In this document: in pieces, positions 45,261-55,800 of the stretch
Position numbering within the stretch: the stretch's first letter is position 1
Layout: every line of letters begins with the position of its first letter
Assembly (NCBI GenBank): GCA_963755125.1
Contig: CAVWIP010000012.1
Span: forward strand, 128,001-192,000
Origin: an uncultured delta proteobacterium
GTDB taxonomy: Bacteria > Myxococcota_A > Polyangia > Fen-1088
Length of the DNA: 64,000 bases
Direction: 5' to 3'
The notes under the pieces: model-generated
What the model saw: only the letters and a program-made list of their open reading frames with translations
Told to the model about the DNA's origin: nothing
The model's database searches: none
Made by a program: the position numbers and the translations under genes

Positions 45261-46820
45261 CTAGCTCGCGATCTCGTCGGCCCTGAACTCGCGAATCACG
45301 GTCACCTTGATCTGGCCCGGGAAGGTCATCTCGCGCGAGATGCTTTCCGCGATCTGGGTTGACAGCAGCACCGCCCCTCGATCGTTCACCCGATTCTCGT
45401 CCACGTACACGCGCACCTCGCGTCCACCTTGCACCGCGAAGGCTTCGTCGACACCGGCAAAGGCGCGGCTGATGCGCTCGATCTCCTCCAGCTTGGCCAT
45501 GTGATTGTCCTCGGCCTGCCGGCGCGCGCCCGGCCGTCCGCCCGACATGGCATCAGCCGCCGCGACCAGATACGCGTAGGCGCTATCGAACGGCTCATCG
45601 GTGTGATGCGCCCCGATGGCGTTGGCCACCACTTCCGGCTCTTTCAGTCGACGCGCATACTCCGCTCCGATGGAGGCGTGCGACCCGTCGAGTTCATGGG
45701 TCAGCGCCTTGCCTATGTCGTGCAGCAGCGCCGCCCGCCGGGCGAGCTTGACGTCCATCCCCAGCTCCGCCGCCATCATGCCGCACAGAAACCCCGCCTC
45801 AACCGAGTGCTTCCACTGATTCTGTGCATAGCTGGTGCGGAAGTTGAGTCGGCCCACCAGCTTCACGATGTCGGGATGTGCGCGGTCGATGGCAAGCAGG
45901 GAAAACGCTCGTCGCCCCAGGTCGAGCGTCTCACGTTCCACGTCCACCACGATCCCGCGCGCCAGCCGTGTCACCGCGGCGGGTCCGCTGATGGATCGCT
46001 TCAACATGCGATTCACGCAGCGTCGGGCGATCTCCCGGCCCACCCCGTCGAGTCCCTCGATGCGGACCGCCGGTTGCCCGTCCAACAAGGAGAGCTGCAC
46101 GTTGGTGACCGCCTCGATGGCACGCAAGTCAGCATCAACGGGTGGCACCTGTCCGGGCCGCAAGTCCGACAGGGGAATCACGAACTGGGGTCGCTCGGTC
46201 AAATCGTGGCCGGAAAAGCGACCCACCGCGATGCCCATGATTCTCTTGGCCGCGCGGATCTGGCTCCCCGACATAGCCGACTCCGCCATCTGGCGCAGCA
46301 TCTGTGCGGCAGCCGCGCGTGCGTCCTCGACCTCCGCTTCCACCAGCATCCGCTGCGCTTCTCGCGCAGGCCGGGCCGCCACCCGCTCCAACTCGGCTTG
46401 CCGGCTCCTTTCGATCGACTGCACCTCCGCTGTCAGAGCACGCCCGTCCTGCTCCCGCTCGGCCACCGGCGCCTCGCGTTCCGCAAGACGCTGGCGCGCC
46501 TCTCCCAGCAGTCGCACCTCCTCATCAATGCGCACCGCCTGAGCCGCAAGCGCAGTCTCGCTCTCCGCCAGCTCGGCTTCCCGTGCACGCAGGCCTGCCT
46601 CCACCTCGGACCGGATGGCCAGGGCCTGTTCGCGCGCCTGGATGTCCGACTCGCGCAGCAAGGCCTGCCCCTCGATCTCCGCCTCGCTGCGGATGCGCCT
46701 GGCCTCCCCGCCGTCGGGGTCGGCACCCGGCCGCCGCAGACGACGGCCCGCCCACATGCCGAAGCACGCGCCGGCCGCCAGTCCGACGAGCACCGTGATC
46801 CAGACGGCCGGCTCGCCCAT
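45261..46820 (-). CDS. rny: RNase Y-like protein (TM, coiled coil, degenerate KH, HD domain)
   Basis: GRLNFRTSYAQN..KHSVE, LLHDIGKA, AIGAHH, AADAMSGGRPGAR, FAVQGGREVRV and FPGQIKVTVIRE. Confidence 0.85.
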   Translation of the reverse strand: MGEPAVWITVLVGLAAGACFGMWAGRRLRRPGADPDGGEARRIRSEAEIEGQALLRESDIQAREQALAIRSEVEAGLRAREAELAESETALAAQAVRIDEEVRLLGEARQRLAEREAPVAEREQDGRALTAEVQSIERSRQAELERVAARPAREAQRMLVEAEVEDARAAAAQMLRQMAESAMSGSQIRAAKRIMGIAVGRFSGHDLTERPQFVIPLSDLRPGQVPPVDADLRAIEAVTNVQLSLLDGQPAVRIEGLDGVGREIARRCVNRMLKRSISGPAAVTRLARGIVVDVERETLDLGRRAFSLLAIDRAHPDIVKLVGRLNFRTSYAQNQWKHSVEAGFLCGMMAAELGMDVKLARRAALLHDIGKALTHELDGSHASIGAEYARRLKEPEVVANAIGAHHTDEPFDSAYAYLVAAADAMSGGRPGARRQAEDNHMAKLEEIERISRAFAGVDEAFAVQGGREVRVYVDENRVNDRGAVLLSTQIAESISREMTFPGQIKVTVIREFRADEIAS

Positions 46821-49800
46821 CTACCCGATCGCAAGTCCCAGGTGCGCGCGCAGGGCGAAGTATTCGTCCGACACGCACCACTGAATCAGGTCCCGAACCT
46901 TGTCCTTGGGATCGGCGCAGCCCACCGCCAAGGGCTCGGACTGGATCTGGTGGGCCGCCACCTCCAGGTCGTTGCACATGAGGAAGCCGGCCCGCGACGA
47001 GGTGAAGTCCACCGCCTTGGACCAGCGGTGCAGATCCGCCTCGGCCTGACTCTCGATGAAGCGCCGGACCACCTCGGCCAGCTGCTCGACGTTCTGGGGC
47101 GGAACCAGGCGGCGCAGAAGCTCCAGACGCTCCGCTACCGGTTGCTCCATGTCCGACTTGATGGGCACCTTGGGCTGCACCAGCTTGAGCGCCGCCAGGA
47201 AGTACGCCTTCAGTTCGGACACCTGGGGCACCACCGCCGGCCAGCGCACGACGTGATCGGGCCGCATCAGCGTCAGCTTCTTGCCCAAGGCGTAGGCCAA
47301 TTCCTTTTCCTGCTTGCCCTGCAACAAGGCAGCCCCGACCACGAAGGACGGGCAGAGTTGCTGCTTCTCGCGCGCGTTCATCAGCTCGAGCTCGCCCGGC
47401 CAATCCTGACGCAAGTACAGTTCAGGCGCTGTGACCGCAAGCGCCTGGCTCACGTAGACGAAGACGCCACTGAACATCAGCTTGTCGTTGGTGGGATCGC
47501 GCCGATCCCTGCGCCGAATTCCCACTTCCTTGTGCTCGCGGGCGCGCACCGCCATGATGGCCTGGCTGATGCTCGCCAGGATGAGCGAGATGTAGCGATC
47601 CTCATCGCCGTGGTAGATGTACTTCTGCCAGAGCTCCTCATTGAGCCGCGCCTTCACCCGGGACAGGGTCTTCACTTTGTACTGCTCGTGGAAGCGCAAC
47701 TCCTCGGCATCGGCCTGGCGCAGATAGGCGAGCACCGAGGCCGTGCACCAGACCTGGTCGTACTTGCCCATGTCGGTAAACAGGTGCCGGAGTGTCTTGA
47801 GGATGGGCACCATCGCCCCGATGTCCTGCGTGCGCCTGAGGATCGCACGCCACGCGCGCACGGCCTTGTCGTAGGCTTCCGGCCCCTGCATTTGGTACAG
47901 TTCAGCCAAGATCTGGTGGCGCGGCATATTGTCGGGCTCCAGCTTCGCGCACACCTCGAACGCTTCAGCGGCGGCACGGTAGTCCTTGAGCCGTGAGCGG
48001 TAGATTTCGCCCAGCGCGTGCCACAGGGCGATCTGGGTCGACCGCTTCTCGGGCGGCACCTCGGTGCCCAGACGCTTGATCATGCGACGGTAGGCCCGCT
48101 GCTGGTTGGTCCAGTCCTTCTTCGCCGTCATGATCTTGTCGATGCGCTCGAAGGGCTTGAGGTCGTCGGGGTACTCGTCCAGCGCCTTGTTGAACAGCTC
48201 CACCGCCTCATCGGGCGAGTGCAACTCGGCGTTGGTGATCTGGCCCGCCGTCTGCAGGTACTTGGCCTTGACCCGACCTGTCTCGATGGCTGCCAGGCGC
48301 AACAGAATCTCCACCGCCTTCTTCCACTGCTTGGTTTCAGTGAGCAGCTCCAACACGTCGGCCAGCAGGCCGCGCGCATCGGGCTTGACCTCGATCGCCT
48401 CGAGATAGGCCGCGATGGCCTTCTGCGGGTTCTTCAACCGCTCCTTGTAGACCCCGATGATCTCCTCGTGCAGACGGAGCTTCTCTTCATCGCTCTCGAC
48501 ATGTGCGAGCAAGGCCCGCTTCTGGCGAATCACCGCTTCCCAGTCTCCGGCGGCGGCGTGGATCTCGGTCAACGCCTCCAGCGTGGGGCGGTGGCCGGGA
48601 TCGATCTCCAACGCCTTCTCGAACATGTTGATGGCCTTGGCCCGGTCGCCGATCTTCGTCTTGATGTGGCCGATGCGATGGAAGATCTCCACGATCTGCG
48701 CTTCGCTCTGCGACTCGCGATGGTGAACCAGAATGGTCTGGTATAGCTTGAACGCTTCGTCCCACTGCTCGCGGCGATAGAGCAGATTGGCCCGGTCCAC
48801 CAGGGTGGGCAGGTGGGTGGCGTCCAGTTCGTAAGCCGAGCGGTAGTATTTGAGCGCTTTCTCCTCGTCGCCCAGTTGCTCCGCCGCCTTGGCCAGGCGG
48901 TAGCACAAAATGTTGAGCTCGCGGTGAGCCCGACGATCCGCCTTGCGCGTCAGCATCTCCAGGATGGGCACCAGCGGCGCCCATTCACTCTGGCGGTAGT
49001 AGATGTCGGCCAGCGGGGTTGCGGCCTCGACGTGTTCCGGATCGAGTTCCAGGGTGCGCGCGTACAGTTCCTTGGCCTTGGCCTCGTCGCCCAGCTCGGT
49101 CTGGTAGAGCTTGCCGGCTTCGTAAAGGAGGCGGGTACGTTCCAGCACGTTGGGCGTGTGCGACTCGGCACGCTCCATGAACTGAGCCGCCTTGAAGGAG
49201 TCGCCGCGCCGCTTGTAGATGTTGAGCAGCGACAGCATGCTGGGCACGTGCGTCGGGTCGATGGCCAGGGCATCGCTCAGGCGTTCCTCGGCGATGTCCG
49301 ACATCTGCATCTGCTCGTCGAGTATCTTGCCCAGGCGGTAGCTCAGGTCGACCTTCTCGGGGGGCGAGGCTTGGCCCACCAGCCGCTGCATGATGTCCAC
49401 CGCGCGCTCCCACTGCTCCGTCTCCTCGTACAGTCGCGCCAGCCCCCGCAAGGCCTCGGCGTGGTCGGGGTCCACATTGAGGATTTCGTTGAAAGCCTCG
49501 ATGGCACTGTCGGGATCGCGCAACCCTTCCTCGTACACCCGTCCCATGTCCAGGTAGATCGTAGCCTTGGCCGCCACATCGTTCTCCACCTGGATGTGCT
49601 TGCGGAAGGTGTCCACCAGCGCATCCCACTTGCGCTCGCCACGATAGAGACGTTCCAGATCCTGGCACGCCTTGAGATTGCGCGGATCGATGGTGAGCGC
49701 CTGCTGCAGGCTATCGATGGCATCGTCGATCTTGCCGGGAAGTTGCTCGCACACCTGCGCCATGCGCAGCAGGAGAGCGACCCGGTCATCGTCGGGCGCC

Positions 49801-52800
49801 GTGACCTGGAGCTGATGCTCCAGGACCTCGAGGTACGCGTCCATCCGGCCGGCCTTCTCGTACAACTGCTCCAGCGCCTTGAGCGCAGGCAGGTTTTGCG
49901 GATCGACGGTCAGCACCTCCCTGTACGCCTGCACCGCCCGCTCGTTGTCGCCCAGGCGGGACTCCCACAGCTCGCCCACCTGCAGGCGTAGCTTGACCGC
50001 CAGCTCGCCGTCACTGACCACCTGTGACTTTCGCGCCAGCACGTCGGCCAGGCGCTCCCAGGCCTGGGTGCGCCGGTGCAGGCGTTCGAGGGCCTCGATG
50101 GCCTTCAGGCAATGCTCGTCAGCTTGCAGGGCCTGGTCGTAGGCCACCGTGGCCTGGCCCGCATCGCTGATGTGGGTCTCATAGGTTTCGGCCAACGCCA
50201 GCAACACTTCAACCCGTCGCGCCGGATCAGACTCGACTTCGGCGTGCTTGGACAGAACGCTGACCAGATCCTTCCAGCGGGACTCCTTGCGATAGAAGTC
50301 AGCCAGCGCCGCCATGGCGCCCACGTGGTTGGGCTGCCGCGAGAGAGCCTCCTTGGCGGAGGTGATGGCATATTCGGTGTGGTGCAGGGCCGAGTCGTAC
50401 CAGCGTCCGATCTTGACCCACAAGTCGGCCGCCTGCTTCGCGTCCTCCATGCCCTGAGCGGCCTGTGTGTACTCGGACAGGAGCTCCGACCACTTGTTGG
50501 TGACGTTGGCCAGCCGTTCCAGTTCCTGAGCGACGGCGTTGCTCGAGTAGTCCTCACGGAACGCGGCCTGCAGCATGATGAAAGCGGAGTCTCGATCGCC
50601 GATGTGCTCCTCGTAGATACGCGCAATCTCACAGAACAGCTTGATCTTCTCCTCCGCCTCACCGGTGTATTCCACCCGGGCCAACAGCAGCTCCACCAAC
50701 TCAGGCCACACCTTACGCTGACGGTACACATCCTCCAAGGCCGATGAGGCTGCTGCATGCGAGGGGTCCATCTTCAAGACGCGCTCGTAGGCTTCAGCCG
50801 CCGCGCCGCCGTCGCCGATCTTCTCGGACCAGATGGACGCGATCTGCATCAACACATCCACCTTGTCACCCACCGATGCGAGCGCTGCCGCCCGGCGCTC
50901 CAGTACGTCCACACACTCCTCCCAGCGCCCCTCCTGGGTGAACAGCGTCTCCAGCGCCGTGAGAGCACGGGCATCAGCCGCATCGATCTGCAAGACATGG
51001 CGCCACGCCTCGATGGCCGCATCGACGCGCACCAAGGTGCTGCCTTCCAGTTCGCCGAGTTCCGCGTAGCAATCCCGCAGCGTGGCCGCCGGGAAGGTTT
51101 CGCTGCCCACGGCGATGAGTTGGTGCAAGGTTTCCGAGAGCTCTTCCCAGGCCGCGGCGCTCCGGTAGTTGGCTGCGATGGCCTGCAGCGCCTCGACGTC
51201 CCCGGGATTGATCTCGGTGACCTTCTTCCAGCACTCGAGGGCGTTTCTTTCCCGGCCGAGCTTCTCACCCCACACACGGCCCAAACGCTTGTACACCGGA
51301 ATGCGCGCCTCCGGGTCTTCGCTCGCTCGAATCTGGCTGTCCAAAACCTCCGTCAGCTCGCGCCACTCCTCGGCCTGCTCGTGCAGGTCGGCCAAAGCCG
51401 ACAGTGCCACCGGGTCAGCGCCGCGCAGGTCGAGCACCCGCCGCCACAACTCGATGGCCTTTTCACGCTGGCCGAGAACGTCGGACGTGATCCTGGCCAT
51501 GCGCGCGTAGCAGTCGGAGAGCGCTTCGTCGCCCGGGGCGATGTCCAGCATCTTCTCGTAGATCTGGTACAGGTCTTCCCACTGCTCGGCGCGGAAGTAG
51601 ATGCGCTCCAATGCCTCGAGAGCTTCCGGCGAGCGCGACTCCTGTTCCAGCACCGCTAGATAGCTGGCCACCGCTCCCGGCGCGTCGTCGATGACGTCGG
51701 CCAGGATCTTGCCCAGACGCAGGTGCAGCGCGACCAGTTCCCTCGACCCGTCGGTGATGGCGATGCGCCGACGCAAGACATCTGCAAGTTTTTCGTAATC
51801 GCCTTGCTTGTCGTAAACCCGATCGAGGAAAGCCAGGGCTTCGCCGTCACTGGGGTCGAGCGCCAGCACCTGTCCCAGCACATCCTCGACCCGCACCAGA
51901 TCGGCAAGCTCGGCGTCGAAGACCGTGGCCAGGCGGAAGAGAACGTCGCGGCGCACGCGGCGATCGCTGGCCCGGGCCGCCGCGTCCGCCATGCTGGCCA
52001 CGTAGGTTTCCCACTGGTGGGTGGCGCGGGCCAAGCGTAGCAACTCATCCAATCCCTGCTCGGACGCCGGATCCTCGACCACCGCTTTCGACCACCACTC
52101 AAGCGCCGCCACCTGATCCATGAGCTTGGACTCGGAGATCTCCGCCAGCCGCCGCAGCAGCCGCTGTCGCTCCTCGGCGTCGGACTCCACGCCCAACTCG
52201 ACGTGATAGACTCGAACCAGCTTCTCCCACTCCTCGCCCACCCGGTAGAGCGGCTCAAGGACCTGCGCGATCTCCCGCTGCATGGCCCCGCTCGATAGCA
52301 GCCGCTCCAGCGTGGCACGGGTCTCGGCGTGCTTGGGATCGATGTTGAGGATGTCCTGATACGCCTCGACCGCCTTGGGCATGTCCCCCAGCGCCACTTC
52401 CAGGATCTGGGCCAGCCGGAAGGTGAGATCGATGATCTGAGCGTCGCTATCCGCCAGACGGATCTCGCCGCGGACGATGTCGGCCAGCTCCGTCCAGCGC
52501 TCGGTCCTGGTGTAAAGCCGGTCGAGTGCCTCGAGGCCGTCCTTGCGATCGGGCTCGGCATCGGCGACCCGCCGATAGGTCGCGATGGCCTTGTCGAGGT
52601 CATGGGTTTCCTCCTCGTAGATGCGGGCCAGCCGCAGCAGCATCTCGGTCTGCAGCCGACTGTCCAGGATGCGGTCGATCTCGGCGTCGTACACCGCGGC
52701 CAGATCAGCCCAGCGGCCGCTCGACTCGGCCAAGCGGTCAATGTGGGCAATCACCTCCTGATTCGACGGGTCCACCCGCAGGGCGCGGCAGTAGGCATCA

Positions 52801-55800
52801 AACGCCGCGTCGAAATCATTGAGCCGACGCTCGTGAATCTTGGCCAACAGGTCGAGCAACTCGACCCGTCGCACCGGATCCTGCGTGTAGGAAACCATTA
52901 CCTCGTGAACCGCGGCCACCTTGGGCCAGTCGCCTGCGCTTTCGTACACCGGTTGCAACACCTGGGCCGCCGCGATGGGCTCCTCCCCTCGCTGCATCAT
53001 GCCTTCAAGAGCCTTCAGGGTCGGCTCGTGCGAGGGATCCATGGCCAACACGCGCTGATAGGCTTCCGTGGCCCGGCTCGCATCTTTGAGCTTGTCCGAC
53101 CACAGCTCACCGATGCGGTAGCGCAACGAAACCACCTCGGCCGAGGACGAAGACAGCTCGGTCTGGCGCTCGAGCACGTTGAGCAGGTCGTACCATCGCT
53201 CGGTCTGCAGGTAGAGGCGATCCAGGGCCTGCAGGGCATCCAGGTCATCCGGATCCATGTCGAGGATCGACGTGTAGGTTTCTATGGCGCGGGGAGCGTC
53301 TTGCAGTTCGCGGTCGTACACCTGGCCCAGCACGAAAAGCCGTTCCTTCTTTCGTGCCGGGTCCGTGGCCAACTCGGCCTGGCGGGCGTAGACATCCTTC
53401 AAGTCGTTCCAGCGCGACAGGCGCAAGAACAGCCGCACCAGGCTGTCCAGGGCCGTCTCGTTGGTGTCATCCAGGGCCAGGACCTGTCGGTAGACCTCGA
53501 TAGCCTTGTCGGAGTCGTCGAGGACTTCTTCCCAGATCTTGGCTGCGCGCGAGCCCAGCTCCTTCTTGTCGGCCAGCGCATCGACCATGTCCATCTTTCG
53601 CTGCAGCAGCAGAACCAACTGAGCGTAATCGGCGGTGCGGATGTAGATGGCCTCCAGCGCATCCGCCGCTTCCAGGTCGCGCGGTCCCACGGCCAGCGCC
53701 TGCTTGTAGGCCTCTGCCGCAATTTCGGAGTTGCCGAGCTCGTTCTCGGCCAGCTTCGCGACGGCGTGGTAGACGGCGCCCTTCAACTCGTCCGACTGCA
53801 ACTTCTCGGCGGCGGCTTGATAGCGGACCACTAGGTCGTCACACCGGCCGAGGGCCTTGGCCAGGCGTTCCAGGCGTCGGGTCGTCTCGGGATCGAGGGG
53901 ATCCTCGGCCAGCGCGCGCCCCAGAGCCTGGTACGCCCGTGCCGGATCGTCGAGCCCGTCCTCGCAGGCCGTGGCGATCTCGTGCAAGAGGTCAATCTTG
54001 CGCCGCATGTCCAGGGCGTGGCGTGCCTGGATCTCCAGCACCCGTACCAGGTTGCCAAAGTCGCTGCGCGCACGGTACACCGGGTCCAGGATCTCGGCCA
54101 GAACCAGATCGTGGTCGGGGTTGTCGAGCAGTCCTTCCAGCGCCGCCACGGTTTCTTCGTGGCCAGGCGCCAAGTCGAGCAGTCGTCGATACGTCTCCAC
54201 TGCGGACGTGATGTCGCGCAGCTTCTGTTCCCGCAGGTGCCCGAGACGAGAAAGCAGGCGTACCTGCTCCTCCTCGTTGCTCGCCAGCTCGAGCTGTCGC
54301 TGCAGGTTGTCCGCCAGATCGAGGTCCAATCCCTTGTGCACGAAGAGACGATCGAGCGCGCGCAGGGCGGTCAGGCTGCCCGCGTTGTCACCCAGCGCCT
54401 CCTTCCACGCGGCAATCGCCTCGTCGGGATTGCCGATGGCCTCTTCCCATATGGCAGCGATGCGAGCGTGAATCTGCTCGCGCTCCTCGCTAGAGCGGAC
54501 CAGCTCCACCTTCTTCTTCAGGGTGTCGACCAGATCGGACCAACGCTCGGTCCGCGTATACAGTCGTTCCAGGGCTTCGAGCGCGGAGGCGTCTTCCGGT
54601 TCGATCTCCTGGGCCAGGCGGAAGTACTCGACCGCCTTGTCTGATTGGTCGAGCTTCTCGTCGTAGGCCACCGCGATGACCAGCAAAATCTCGCGCTCCA
54701 ACCCGGACGCGAGCTTGCGACTTCCCTGGATTTCGCTGTACAGGGCCACCAACTCCCGCCACTTGTCCATGCGATCAGCCAGCGCTTCCAACGCCGCGCG
54801 CGCCTCGGCCGAGTCGGGACTTATGCCGAAAGCCTCGGCATAGGCCTGGTACGCCCGTTCAGCGCGGCCAGCCTCGCCTTCCAACCCGCCGATGCGCAAG
54901 AGCAGGGCGACCCGGGCCGCGGCATCCGTCTCGCGCGCCAACTTGATACGCTGAACCTGCAGCAACCGCTCCGTCTCGTGTCCCGCCTCGTAGATGGGCT
55001 CGAGGGCCGCCACCGCGCTCATCTGGTGCTGACTGTCGGCAAGATAGACTTCCAGAGCTGCACGCGCGCCTGCATGGGTCGCGTCCAGCGCCAGTGCCTC
55101 CTGATACGACTCCACGGCAACGCCCGGACTCTTCAGGTACTTCTCGGAGACCTCGCCCAGCCGGAACTTCAACTCGGCCGCAGCCGGGTCGTCATTGGGC
55201 AGCTTGAGCTGGCGGACGATGATCTTGCTCAGATCCTTCCAGCGCTCCGTGGCCCGATACAGCCGGTCCAGCGCGCGCAGGGCTTGCACGTCTTCCTTGG
55301 CCGTCTTCAGGATGTCCTTGTACAACTCGATCGCCTTGTCGGCGTCGTGCACCTGTTCTTCGTAGAGCGCCGCGAGCTGCAGTCGCACCTCGCGCTTCTC
55401 ATCCTCGGAGCCGGCCAGAGCGAGTTTCTTGTCGTAGATGGCTAACAACTGGTCGTGCTGGCCGGTTGCAATGTACAGGCGTTCGAGGGCGAGCACGGCC
55501 TGCTCGTCGCGGTCCACGATCTCCAGGATCTCGCGGTTGCGCGCAATCGCCGCCTCGCTGTTGGCCAGCTCCTTCTCGTAGGCTCGCGCCACGGTAGCCA
55601 AGAGGGGAAGACCATCTTGTCCCTGCAGGCTTGGCAGGACGGCCTCGTAGGCTTCCACCAGCAGCGCCCAGTTGCCCGTCTCGCCAGCCAACCGCTCGGC
55701 GTACTCGCGCGCCCATTCCTCACGCGGATTCTCCGACAGCGCCTGCAACGCCACGGTAAGCGCCAGCGGCCTGTCGCCGGCGTCGCTCTCGAGGATTTGG

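Noticed and set aside
45429..47996. 855-aa plus-strand ORF and other long ORFs opposite agmK
   Set aside because: Antisense shadows of well-supported minus-strand genes.
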